Shown: positions 9,331 through 19,013 of the stretch, piece by piece
Position numbering within the stretch: the stretch's first letter is position 1
Layout of the letters: each line of letters begins with the position of its first letter
Source of the DNA: a virus
Lineage: Duplodnaviria > Caudoviricetes
Reading direction: 5' to 3' (one strand)
IMG/VR virus record: IMGVR_UViG_3300012683_000002
Span: 1 to 60,888 of that record
DNA length: 60,888 nt
Notes under the pieces: model-generated
Told to the model about the DNA's origin: nothing
What the model saw: the letters and a program-made list of their open reading frames with translations, nothing else
Database searches by the model: none
Program-made: the position numbers and the translations under genes

Positions 9331-10644
9331 ATGCTGACCCGATTCTTGCTCTTGTTTTTCAAACGCCTAGTGTCGTTGGCGATGCCTTGCCTTTTGGATC
9401 CTCTCTACAACGAGCTGGACACCAACACACGCGAGTCCATTCGCAAGAACGTCATCAACGAATGTTTTTTCGTGGATACGCCTTTACAGGACATCCTACG
9501 GCGTTTCGGGGTAGTAGAGGAATTCTTGGGCGGCTCGGGCATGGTGGAAGCGTTTACGTACGCTCACCTGCAAGGCAAAGCCGTGCAGCCAGGTCAGACC
9601 ATTACGGTGACGCGTCCACAGATCGCGAGCGCGGCAAAGTATTATGAGAAAGCCTACGCCTGCTACACCCAAATCGAAGACTTCGAGCTGGATGTGCTGA
9701 ATCGCGCCGGCGACACCCAGATCATCGACCAACGAGCGCTGCTCGAAGCGAACTTGGTTTCGCAGATGAATACCATGCTCGAAATGGATGCGTACCGCCA
9801 CGGGCAACCTTCGTCCGCGAACGGGGGAACAACCGGAGTGTCGGATGACCGCTCTCTTTCCTCGAACGGATTCTTTGAGGGCTTCTCGAATGGCGTCGAT
9901 CCTTCCCCGGATGGAAACGTCTTTATCACGACTGGCGGAGTCACGAGAAACGGAGCCATTGGGCAGGCGTACAACTCAACTCCGTTTTACTGTGGAACCA
10001 CGGCAGGCGGCGCTGGCCCCATCACCTATCCGGTGCTGACGAATGCCGTTGCGCAGCTTTTAACCTTGAACTGCAAAGCGAGAGTCGGAATCACCAGCCC
10101 CTTCGGATGGTCGGCTTTGGTCAACATGCTCCGAGCGATCGCGCGTGTCGATCAGCAGTCGGTTCGAGAAGGCACAGACTTCGGATGGCCGAGCGTGGAC
10201 TTCTTCGGCGTAAAGATTTTTGCCGATCCATTGGCTCCGTCGAACAAGACGTGGCAATTCTTGCCGGGTGGCAATCCAAACGCTTTCGGCACGGCGGCAG
10301 CGAACACGACATTTCTTGACGGCTCTGGCAACACGACCAAGCTCGGGAGCTACACGTCTCCGACGTACACCATTGCCGGCGTCCCGCAGGCAGTAGGGTC
10401 GCTTTCGCCGAGCGGTGCGCAGTTCCCCTCCGGAACCGTCATTCAGCCGGGTGAGATCCTCGTTCTCTTCGATCCGGAAGCCTTGAAGATGCGGCCCACG
10501 GCGGAAAAGTCTTGGTTCTTCGCGACGAAGATCAAGGAGATCCCGGACAACGTGAGCGCCGCCAATATGTTCATGCGCTTGGGGACGAACATCTACGTGA
10601 TGAATCCACGACATGGACTGATTATCAGCGGATTCACCAGTTAA
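9331..10644 (+). CDS. Major capsid protein (probable), with N-terminal hydrophobic leader
   Basis: 437 aa after the scaffold, strong RBS (AAGGAAGGT), C-terminus ...IYVMNPRHGLIISGFTS typical of phage capsid proteins. Confidence 0.8.
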   Translation: MLTRFLLLFFKRLVSLAMPCLLDPLYNELDTNTRESIRKNVINECFFVDTPLQDILRRFGVVEEFLGGSGMVEAFTYAHLQGKAVQPGQTITVTRPQIASAAKYYEKAYACYTQIEDFELDVLNRAGDTQIIDQRALLEANLVSQMNTMLEMDAYRHGQPSSANGGTTGVSDDRSLSSNGFFEGFSNGVDPSPDGNVFITTGGVTRNGAIGQAYNSTPFYCGTTAGGAGPITYPVLTNAVAQLLTLNCKARVGITSPFGWSALVNMLRAIARVDQQSVREGTDFGWPSVDFFGVKIFADPLAPSNKTWQFLPGGNPNAFGTAAANTTFLDGSGNTTKLGSYTSPTYTIAGVPQAVGSLSPSGAQFPSGTVIQPGEILVLFDPEALKMRPTAEKSWFFATKIKEIPDNVSAANMFMRLGTNIYVMNPRHGLIISGFTS

Positions 10645-10658
10645 CAAGGAGACGGACA

Positions 10659-11264
10659 ATGCCACTGATTCGCACCGAATTTCTACCGCAGTCGATGACG
10701 GCGGTGTACACGTCGCCAAGCGGCATGACTGATCTCCGTACCGGACTGCCTTATTACGCTGGCGGCTTGGTTGTCGGCGGATACTTTGACTTGACCGAAG
10801 CGGAAGCGCAGGCGGTTGGCCCACTCCTCCATCAAGGCCGCTATCGCTTTGTGCAGGTCGATTCCGGCGCGACGGCCTCGAATATTAAGACAGGCACGAT
10901 TGGACTGATAAAGTCTTTGGCGCTCGGCGTCAACTTTATTACCAGTTACGACCTTGGCTTGAATGCCGCTGTGCGTCCAGTCGTATTCCTAGCTCCACTC
11001 ACCGCCGCGCAAGTTGCTGCGGGAGCGTACGTCTTCGTGCAGGAAAATGGAGACGCCACGGTGCTCGGAAAGACTGGTGGCGTGTCTAACGCTGCGCCTG
11101 CGGTCGGAGATGTCATCAACTCGATTGCTGGAGGCTTGGCGGAAGACTTAGCGACTCCAGGAACGCTGATTCCAACTACGGTTGGGTTGGCGCTCACCGC
11201 TCCCAACCACACGGCAACGGCTACTTTCCGGGTCTTGCTTGACATACCGCTGGTTGCAGGGTAA
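10659..11264 (+). CDS. Capsid decoration/cement-like protein
   Basis: RBS AAGGAG; follows the capsid gene; GRYRFVQV...YVFVQ..G..GD pattern seen in head decoration proteins. Confidence 0.6.
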   Translation: MPLIRTEFLPQSMTAVYTSPSGMTDLRTGLPYYAGGLVVGGYFDLTEAEAQAVGPLLHQGRYRFVQVDSGATASNIKTGTIGLIKSLALGVNFITSYDLGLNAAVRPVVFLAPLTAAQVAAGAYVFVQENGDATVLGKTGGVSNAAPAVGDVINSIAGGLAEDLATPGTLIPTTVGLALTAPNHTATATFRVLLDIPLVAG

Positions 11265-11275
11265 GGAGAACAACT

Positions 11276-11605
11276 GTGCAGCTAAAAATCGTTCCTGGGT
11301 ACGAAGGCGGCCTCTCAGTCGGCCAGCGCCAGAAATGGACGTTCTACGGTACTGGCCCAGCGTCTTACTCTCAAGCGACTGGAGATGTGCTTTTGGTTCC
11401 GTCAGGTATCTACCTAGATTCGGTGGAATTCTGCATGGATAGCTCCGGGATCTACATATTGGCCCCAGCACCGAGTGTTGTAGGCACTACGCGACCTACG
11501 TGGACCTTCGATTGGTACACAGCGGCTGGAATGACCGAAGTGGCTAATGGAGTTAACCTCTCCGCTTTATCTGTTCAGTTCAGCGCGTGGGGCGGTGAGT
11601 TTTAG
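11276..11605 (+). CDS. Small virion structural protein
   Basis: RBS AAGGAG with GTG start; beta-rich; ends ...EVANGVNLSALSVQFSAWG. Confidence 0.6.
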   Translation: MQLKIVPGYEGGLSVGQRQKWTFYGTGPASYSQATGDVLLVPSGIYLDSVEFCMDSSGIYILAPAPSVVGTTRPTWTFDWYTAAGMTEVANGVNLSALSVQFSAWGGEF

Positions 11606-11629
11606 GCAGTTGAGTTTGGGCACAGCGAC

Positions 11630-11664
11630 ATGGCGGCGGCTTGCGGGAGCCGTCGCCATTTTTT
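11630..11664 (+). terminator. Intrinsic terminator after the capsid genes
   Basis: ATGGCGGCGGC-TTGCGGGA-GCCGTCGCCAT stem followed by a T run. Confidence 0.8.
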
Positions 11665-11677
11665 ATGGAGATGTTTT

Positions 11678-12694
11678 ATGTCGTGGGTAAGCATGGCAAA
11701 GACGATAGCTCTCGAAGTCCCTGGAGTCTCGCAGCCTCTTGCCAGCAACAAACTCAACGAAGCGCTCAAGAAAATCTACGATGAAACTGATTGGTCGTTC
11801 CAAACCCAGCAGGCTGGATGGAATTGTCCTGGCCTCATGGCGAACGTAGGAACGGTTACGGCTAATCCGTACACGTCAGTCGTCATTGGGGATGCTGCGG
11901 CAAGCGCGGCATGGGCGGCTTTAACGGGACGCCCGTTCTTGACAGAGTTGCAGTTTCGGAATCCTCCATACGCGCTCTACAACATCATTGCCTACAATCC
12001 GAACGGTGCCCCTCCGTTTGCCACATTAACTCTTGACCGCCCGTGGATGGAGCCAACCATCGGAGCGGGACAGCCGTACTACATCTATCAGGCGTACTTT
12101 CCCGTTCCCGTGTCGGACTTCACGAAGTTCATCGAGATCCGCGATACGACGAACAACGCGCCCGTGGACTTCACGAAAGTCTCGCAGGATGACCTCTCGG
12201 TCCTCGACGCGCAACGCCTGATCTTTGGACCAGCGGTTCCCACCTACGCCGTGCCTTGGGGAATAGATATGCGTCCGGGCAGTTCGACGCTCGGGAACAT
12301 CATGTACGAACTGTGGCCGCACAATTTGTCGCACATGCCGTACAGCTTTAGCTACAAACGCAGTGGTCCGCTGTTTGTGAATCCTTCCGATGTTGCGCCG
12401 TACCCGATCAGTGAAGAGTTGATTAAGTGCCGCGCGAAAGAGGTTCTGTATCTTTACAAGGAAGCGCAAAAAGGCGAAGAAATGCAGCGCGGATCGGGCG
12501 CGGATTGGAAGTTTCTGGCGCAAGCTGCCGCGAAAGAGCACCAAGCGCTCCTGAAGCAGATCCGAGCAAAGGATGCGAACCTGCATCGCGACTTCCTCAC
12601 GCACTCACGTTCTGGGTTAACATCGCAGGCGACGAACGACGGATATTCCACGGAAACGCTCGGCTTGTTGAATGTCGGTCGTGCCAACTGGTAG
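11678..12694 (+). CDS. Head-tail adaptor-like protein
   Basis: RBS GGAG; LNEALKKIY...WSF and ELWP motifs typical of podovirus adaptor proteins. Confidence 0.55.
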   Translation: MSWVSMAKTIALEVPGVSQPLASNKLNEALKKIYDETDWSFQTQQAGWNCPGLMANVGTVTANPYTSVVIGDAAASAAWAALTGRPFLTELQFRNPPYALYNIIAYNPNGAPPFATLTLDRPWMEPTIGAGQPYYIYQAYFPVPVSDFTKFIEIRDTTNNAPVDFTKVSQDDLSVLDAQRLIFGPAVPTYAVPWGIDMRPGSSTLGNIMYELWPHNLSHMPYSFSYKRSGPLFVNPSDVAPYPISEELIKCRAKEVLYLYKEAQKGEEMQRGSGADWKFLAQAAAKEHQALLKQIRAKDANLHRDFLTHSRSGLTSQATNDGYSTETLGLLNVGRANW

Positions 12695-12703
12695 GAGGAA
12701 AGC

Positions 12704-13066
12704 ATGAATTGCGCCACTATTACGATTACTGACATCACGAAGCCCGCGCAGAGTTTGTATACGCTTCTTTCCGTAGGCTCGCAACCGGGATATACGGTAA
12801 GTCCTGCTGGCGGGATCTTCCCCGCAATCAGCATCATTGGATCGGTCAGTTACTTGTCTGTCCAAGCATCTCCTACTAATAGTACCCAGACAGTGTACAA
12901 GGGAGACGAAAACACGAAGACAGATGGGAGTTTGCAAGGCAAGGAAATGGCGGCGGGGAGCACGGATGTGATCCAAGCCTATCCGCATCAAGTTGACTTG
13001 AATACCACCTTCTTGAGAGCGAGCGCCAACGGAGCAAAAATCAATGTGGAAGTCCACTACGCTTAA
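12704..13066 (+). CDS. Small virion protein (beta-sandwich-like)
   Basis: RBS AGGAGG; lies in the structural operon. Confidence 0.6.
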   Translation: MNCATITITDITKPAQSLYTLLSVGSQPGYTVSPAGGIFPAISIIGSVSYLSVQASPTNSTQTVYKGDENTKTDGSLQGKEMAAGSTDVIQAYPHQVDLNTTFLRASANGAKINVEVHYA

Positions 13067-15683
13067 AAAGACTTTATGTTGCCTGTTTGTGTTCTTGGGC
13101 AGCGTTTACGCCCAATTCAGTTCGCCGCAGGTGGCCTATGTTTCGTCTGCTCCATCTGGATCGTGTAGCGCTACCCCACCTTTGCAAGTTGTCGTAAGCA
13201 CTGGCGCTATCTATTCCTGCAACAACGGAACATGGGGGCAGAGCGGAGGTAGCGGCGGTGCCAGCGGGGGCACGGCATTAAACGCCAATCTGCCTTACGT
13301 CCCTACGGAATCGACGACTCCTCTCACCGAAAATTACGGAGCCTACATCATTGAAGGCCAGTCGAGCGTCTTTCCCGATGGCACGTTAGTTATCACGTAC
13401 CGGCAAGGAGCGCAAGAGACTTCAAATGACGGTGTGTGCAAACTGCAAACCTCGACCGACCAAGGCCAGACTTGGAGCGCCCAATCGACCATTGCGTCTT
13501 TAGGCGGTGCTGACGTTCGAGCTTGCACTGGCGGAGTTACCCCGACAGGCCGGTTAGTGCTGTTCTACCGGATCATCACATCCGGGGTATTCACTTCACA
13601 GGACTACATTTACTCCGACGACAAAGGTGTTACGTGGTCCGCTCCCGTGGTGATGAACATTGCGCCTGGAACCGCTGCCCAACCTTACGGCGGAATGATC
13701 GTACTTGGAAATGGCGTTTTACAAGCCTCGTTTTATTCCACGGATGCAGTACCTACCAATTACTCACAGGTAACTCGCAGCACTGATAATGGGGTAACGT
13801 GGTCCGCTCCAATTACCGTCGTTGGTTCAACTACTAATCAATTTACTGAAGGGACATTCATCTACCTTGGTGGCAGCGTAGTGTTTGGGTTACTTCGTTG
13901 TGATAACAATAACCGTGAAATGGAACAAGTTATCAGTAAGGACAATGGTCTTACGTGGACGGACGTAGGCGCGTTCACGCCGAGTATCAACACTGGGCCA
14001 CTCGGCTACAATCCGTGGCTTTCGACTTACGTAGCGCCTAATGGTAGACGCATTGTAGAAGTGATTTATCCTGACCGTGGGGCGCAATTGATCTACGCCA
14101 TGTACGGCGAAGCGACCCAGCTTATTGCAGGCGTTGCAGGTACTCCGACATCGCTAGGGTGGTCACCGAACAGCACGGTTGTGGTTGGTGTCCCAAACGT
14201 CGCTACCGCAGTCTCGTCCGTCACCATCAATAGTTCGACGCAAGCTACGTTGACGGTCACTTCGACTGCCAGTTTCGTTGCCGGGGCACCAATCACTATC
14301 ACTGGGTTATCGGGCTCAGCCGCGCCGATAAACAGCCCAGCTAGTCCGAGCAACACGATGACGGTTACGTCCATCACAAACGCAACCACGATTGTTGTGC
14401 AGAGCATCACAGGCGGTTACACCGCAGGCGGTCCTTTCGGAGCGCAAGCCGGAACGCTTACCCAAGTGTCAAGCGATAACGTCCACTTCGGTTATCCGAG
14501 TGTGGTTCACCCGAACAATGGCGCAGCGGGAATTGGCCTTTACTACGACTGGGTAAGTACCAGCGTCACGGTAGCCCGGTTCTTCACCGTGCCGGTTAAC
14601 ACTACCGACTTAATCCTATACGGAACCGCACCGACCCTGCGCTTCGGGGGTTCATCCGGTACGGGCTCATCGTCGATCATCGGGGCAACAGGCGCGGCTA
14701 CAAACGCCTTCACATTTTCTAACCCCACATTGGTTAACACTCCCGGCACAGTGGCCAATCCTGCCATTCGCATCGGCGGCGTCGGCACCCCCGTTGGTTT
14801 GTACACCAGAAGCGGCACCATCGGCTTCGTTGCCAGTGGGGCGAGTTGGTTGGAGTCCGCTTCGACTACGACCGTCTGGCTTTCGGGAGCAACGCTTGCT
14901 TGGGCGTCTTCCCCTACCAACGTACTTGCCGCCGCTGATACTGCTTTTAGCCGTGATGCCGCAGGTGTAGTGGACATTGGTACAGGGGCGCAAGGCAGCA
15001 AAGCAGGAAGTTTGAGGTTTACTGGTGAAATCCAAGTTGAGGAGGCCGCGCCTGCTGGAGTAGCTTCTTCCTCAGTTGAATACGCGGACTCCACGCAACA
15101 TGCGATGGAGGTCAATAACAACAGCACTGGCGCGATGCCGATCTCTCGTCTCGGCTGCATGAGCGTGGTCCCAACTACGGTAGCTGTGAGCACGGCAAGC
15201 GACCAAAACTTGCAAGCGTGCTCCCTGAGCGCGAATTTGTTGAACGTCGCGGGACGAACTTTAAAAGTATTTCTGGCAGGTGTCTATTCCAACGTCGTCA
15301 CCGCGCAGCCTACAGTCGCACTGAAAATCAAACTGTGTACTGTTTCAGGGTGCGGAAGCGGAGTGGTCATTACCCCAATTAGCATCGTTTCAACCGTCAC
15401 CGCGGCTACCGCCGTCAGCAATTTGGCCGCGAATTTGACGGGATATATTTCGACGCAGACCGCTGGCGCTTCTTCCGCTTATGAAGCGCACGGAAGTTTG
15501 GCGATTGACCTTGGGACCACGGGCCTAGTTGCCGATTCCGTGTTTGCCGATACCAACACTGCTACGGTCGGCACAATTGATTCAACCGGAGCGCTTTTCC
15601 TGCAAGCCGTCGTAGCCTTTAGTGGAGCCAGTTCCAGCAACTCCTTCACTTCTCGGCAGTTGATTGTGGAAGTGCTGAATTAA
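13044..15683 (+). CDS. Signal-peptide-bearing sialidase/BNR-repeat beta-propeller fibre-like protein
   Basis: MWKSTTLKK-TLCCLFVFLG-SVYA|Q signal; Asp-box repeats STDQGQTWS, SDDKGVTWS, STDNGVTWS, SKDNGLTWT; GYPS motif. Confidence 0.8.
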   Translation: MWKSTTLKKTLCCLFVFLGSVYAQFSSPQVAYVSSAPSGSCSATPPLQVVVSTGAIYSCNNGTWGQSGGSGGASGGTALNANLPYVPTESTTPLTENYGAYIIEGQSSVFPDGTLVITYRQGAQETSNDGVCKLQTSTDQGQTWSAQSTIASLGGADVRACTGGVTPTGRLVLFYRIITSGVFTSQDYIYSDDKGVTWSAPVVMNIAPGTAAQPYGGMIVLGNGVLQASFYSTDAVPTNYSQVTRSTDNGVTWSAPITVVGSTTNQFTEGTFIYLGGSVVFGLLRCDNNNREMEQVISKDNGLTWTDVGAFTPSINTGPLGYNPWLSTYVAPNGRRIVEVIYPDRGAQLIYAMYGEATQLIAGVAGTPTSLGWSPNSTVVVGVPNVATAVSSVTINSSTQATLTVTSTASFVAGAPITITGLSGSAAPINSPASPSNTMTVTSITNATTIVVQSITGGYTAGGPFGAQAGTLTQVSSDNVHFGYPSVVHPNNGAAGIGLYYDWVSTSVTVARFFTVPVNTTDLILYGTAPTLRFGGSSGTGSSSIIGATGAATNAFTFSNPTLVNTPGTVANPAIRIGGVGTPVGLYTRSGTIGFVASGASWLESASTTTVWLSGATLAWASSPTNVLAAADTAFSRDAAGVVDIGTGAQGSKAGSLRFTGEIQVEEAAPAGVASSSVEYADSTQHAMEVNNNSTGAMPISRLGCMSVVPTTVAVSTASDQNLQACSLSANLLNVAGRTLKVFLAGVYSNVVTAQPTVALKIKLCTVSGCGSGVVITPISIVSTVTAATAVSNLAANLTGYISTQTAGASSAYEAHGSLAIDLGTTGLVADSVFADTNTATVGTIDSTGALFLQAVVAFSGASSSNSFTSRQLIVEVLN

Positions 15684-15684
15684 A

Positions 15685-17778
15685 ATGAAGCGACTTCTCA
15701 TCCTCGCGGTTCTCCTCTTACCCGTAACGGCTCACGCGCAGACCAATGTCGCCTTTAACGGCCAGTGTCAAAAAGGTGGGCAGGCAACGGTTACGCAAGG
15801 GTTGCCGAGTAGTGGAACCCAGCCGCTTACGGGAACGCCATTCTCTGCCGGGACGGGCGTGATGGCTTCGTATCCGGGATGCCAGGTAGCCGTGTTCTTG
15901 ACGGGAACTACCAATCCAGCCGTCATCTTCTCCGACATTATCGGCACGCCACTTGCGAATCCCTTCACCGCAAACACGGATGGCTCATACCTGTTTTTCG
16001 CTTCAGCGGGAACCGCGTACGACATCACGCTCTCTGGTGCCGGGTTGCCTGCTCCAGTCACGCTTACTGATGTATCTCTTGGCGGCGGAGCTGGCGGAGG
16101 AGGGGTAGGCTTCGTGGCGTTGACGGTCCCAAACGGCTTCGCTATCGCTGGCTCCCCAGTCACGCCTCCTGGCGGCGTGTTGAACATCACGACGACCGGA
16201 ACTCCAAATTTGGTGCAAAAAGCGATTGCTGGAGGTTTTGGGAACTCGCAGATCACGGATGATGGCATCAACCCGACTGTATCTCCTCTCGGGTTTGACG
16301 TATTCACCAGCGGAATTTTCGGCTTCCAAGTGCCTAACAATGCAGTTACGGGTACAACCAACAACACGACCGCTTGCGACGATGGCACGGGGCACGCCAT
16401 CATCTGCCCACACGCGACCTCAACCACAAACGTTGTAGCGGGCTTCACCTTTTCCGGTGGCGGAACCACGGGCAATGCACGGATCGCGATGCTCGGCTGG
16501 CCAACTGTCACCTTCGACAACCAGACGACCGCGCGTGACTATGCCATAAATTCGGCGACAGTCGATGGTCAGTTGCACGATACTGGGAGTGCGGTGCCTC
16601 CCGCTGGGCAGCCCTTCTACTTTGTTTGGACGGCGAATACGGGTGCGGGAACGGCTGGACAGATCCGCATGTTGCTCGCGAACGATTTCAACAACGCCTC
16701 GCCAACTGCGGTTTATAACCTGCAAGTGAACGCTGCTCCCCTAACACCCGGAGACACGGTTAACTTCAATGCGACAACGCCAGCGGTTCCGAGCAACGGC
16801 TATGCCATCACGCCTGCAACCTCGAAGTCTGGAAATACAGATTCGGTCAGCAATGCCCTGATTGGCGACGGCAACGTAGCGCACTGCTTCCTCGGTACGG
16901 GAGTGTTCGCGACTTGTCCCGGTAGCGGTGGACTGATTAACCCAATGACCACACTCGGGGACATGATCTACGAGAACGCGACCCCGGCAGCGGCACGGTT
17001 AGCGGGAGCGACGACACCGAACGGCCTCGCGCAAGTTTACGTTTCCATCCCTTCTGGTGGACTCGCCACGGCACCTGTACTCGCTCTGCCTGGAGTTGTT
17101 GGACGCGCCATCACCGGAACCACGGCAACCGATACCATCGCGACAACCGACTGCGGTCCCAAGCGCATCGAGTATGTTGGTTCGGTCGCGGTGGCTGTGA
17201 CTCTTCCCACCGCGACCACGCTAGCGGTTCCAAATTGCGTCTTTCGGCTCGCAAACAATCTCAGCACCGTCAACGATCTCACAGTGACGACGACGACTTG
17301 GACGTGCAACGGCGCGGCAACGTGTGTCATTCACAATGGACAAATCGCGACTTTCTACGTCGATCCGAACAGTTCAACAAATTGGGTAGCGGACATTGCC
17401 GAGCAAGGCCTAACGGCGGGATCTGGAGTGACTCTCACGCGCACGGCCACGGGTATAAGTGTGGCCGCTACGGGCAGTGGCGGCACAACGGTTACTGTCG
17501 CTAGCGGAACCTCGACGATGGGGACTGGCGCAATCACGAGCGGAACCTGCGCCACGGCAGTTACAACCTCAGCAACCGGAACGGCAACAACGGACACTTT
17601 CATCGCTACGCCAAATGTCGATCCCACGGGTGTATCTGGATACGGGCCATCAGCTTCCGGGAGTCTATATGTGCAGGCATACCCCAGTAGTAACAACGTT
17701 AACTTCAAAGTTTGCAATAACACTGGCGGGTCGATTACCCCGGCGGCACTAACGTTCAACTGGAAGGTATTGCGATGA
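15685..17778 (+). CDS. Signal-peptide-bearing tail fibre/spike-like protein
   Basis: MKRLLILAVLLLPVTAHA|Q signal, then a head-binding-like segment (VAVFLTGTT...NPFTANTDGSYLFFA...YDITLS); Thr/Gly-rich fibre repeats with paired Cys. Confidence 0.7.
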   Translation: MKRLLILAVLLLPVTAHAQTNVAFNGQCQKGGQATVTQGLPSSGTQPLTGTPFSAGTGVMASYPGCQVAVFLTGTTNPAVIFSDIIGTPLANPFTANTDGSYLFFASAGTAYDITLSGAGLPAPVTLTDVSLGGGAGGGGVGFVALTVPNGFAIAGSPVTPPGGVLNITTTGTPNLVQKAIAGGFGNSQITDDGINPTVSPLGFDVFTSGIFGFQVPNNAVTGTTNNTTACDDGTGHAIICPHATSTTNVVAGFTFSGGGTTGNARIAMLGWPTVTFDNQTTARDYAINSATVDGQLHDTGSAVPPAGQPFYFVWTANTGAGTAGQIRMLLANDFNNASPTAVYNLQVNAAPLTPGDTVNFNATTPAVPSNGYAITPATSKSGNTDSVSNALIGDGNVAHCFLGTGVFATCPGSGGLINPMTTLGDMIYENATPAAARLAGATTPNGLAQVYVSIPSGGLATAPVLALPGVVGRAITGTTATDTIATTDCGPKRIEYVGSVAVAVTLPTATTLAVPNCVFRLANNLSTVNDLTVTTTTWTCNGAATCVIHNGQIATFYVDPNSSTNWVADIAEQGLTAGSGVTLTRTATGISVAATGSGGTTVTVASGTSTMGTGAITSGTCATAVTTSATGTATTDTFIATPNVDPTGVSGYGPSASGSLYVQAYPSSNNVNFKVCNNTGGSITPAALTFNWKVLR

Positions 17779-19013
17779 AACGGATGCTACTCGCGTTCCT
17801 TCTCTTCTGTGGATTAGCTTTAGTTTCCTCGCTCGCTGCTGGGCAAGTTAGCGGGAGTGGCGTCCCTATTTTGGGAAGTACTCAAGGGGCAACGGGTATC
17901 GGTGCTTGCGGAGCGGCAACGGGCTACACGAATACTGACACTATTACTATTTCCGCTCAGGGGTCGCTAGGAGCGGATCTGCCAAACAATTGGGTTACTT
18001 ACTTTGCCGGAAATGCTCTTCTAAAATCTACAGGCAATGGCGGCCAGTTATTATCTTCGGGAACTGATGTTGTATTCTGCACGGCGAATAATGGCACCGG
18101 AACGATCATCCCATATTACTTCGTCCCGAACAGTTGGTCGGCTACGACGGGTGCGGGGGAGTGGTATTTTCAGGCTCCATGTATCAAGAAAAGCTCAACG
18201 TGTCTTGCCTATTTATACACGGGTAAATCTAGCGCGGTGGATTTATCTTGTGGTCCAAGCGGAACGAACAACTGTAAGACGACGTTATTTGCCAGCAAGT
18301 ATCTCCGAGCTTATGACTTTGGCGGAGTCTCCGGGGGAACGCTCTCCTTTACGGATGAAACTACGAATGCTGCTTCACCCACCAATCATGGTGCGATTTC
18401 TGCGGCCGGAGAAATTAACAATGCCACCAACTACACAGGCGGCAGTAGCCAGTGGACGGATACAGGAAGTACGCTAGGTGCGCTGACAAACTTTTCTATC
18501 GAAACTTGGTTTAACGCTGTACAACCGGCAGGGTCTCAAGTTATTTCTCCAATGGGCGACTTAGATAATGGGGGTACAGTCGGCATCTACATGATCGGAA
18601 TTGGCACCGGCGGAGCTTCCTGCACTAATGGTACTTGTATGGGGTTTGGATATAAAACGTCTGGTTCTAATTATTGGCAAGGCTGGTGCAATATCAATAA
18701 TCTCAATCCTACTGGTTGGCATCACATGGTCGGTTCTCATACAGGGGGAAGTTCAAATTTTACGTTTTATTTAGATGGAGTTACTTGCTCTGTTACCGCT
18801 GGCGGCGGGGCTACTGGTAGCCCGGTTGATCCATCTACCAGTAGCATCACCTTTGCTCTCGGAAGACTTGCTAGTTTTTCGTCGCCTTTCTACTACAGCG
18901 GCAGTCTTGATGTAACGCGGGTTATGAACTTCGCCATGACCGCCGATGAAGCGCTATTTGACAATCTCAACCAATCGAGCCCGACCAGCACGTATACGGT
19001 TTCCACACCCTAA
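17775..19013 (+). CDS. Signal-peptide-bearing LamG/concanavalin A-like lectin domain protein
   Basis: MKRMLLAFLLFCGLALVSSLAA signal; FSIETWF...WHHMVG...FYLDG...GSLDVTRV is the Laminin_G_3 pattern; N-terminal part resembles DUF2341. Confidence 0.8.
   Translation: MKRMLLAFLLFCGLALVSSLAAGQVSGSGVPILGSTQGATGIGACGAATGYTNTDTITISAQGSLGADLPNNWVTYFAGNALLKSTGNGGQLLSSGTDVVFCTANNGTGTIIPYYFVPNSWSATTGAGEWYFQAPCIKKSSTCLAYLYTGKSSAVDLSCGPSGTNNCKTTLFASKYLRAYDFGGVSGGTLSFTDETTNAASPTNHGAISAAGEINNATNYTGGSSQWTDTGSTLGALTNFSIETWFNAVQPAGSQVISPMGDLDNGGTVGIYMIGIGTGGASCTNGTCMGFGYKTSGSNYWQGWCNINNLNPTGWHHMVGSHTGGSSNFTFYLDGVTCSVTAGGGATGSPVDPSTSSITFALGRLASFSSPFYYSGSLDVTRVMNFAMTADEALFDNLNQSSPTSTYTVSTP

Noticed and set aside
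11630-11677. Tat-like leader (SRRHFL) on the adaptor protein
   Set aside because: This stretch is the terminator hairpin; the RBS-supported start is ATG 11678.
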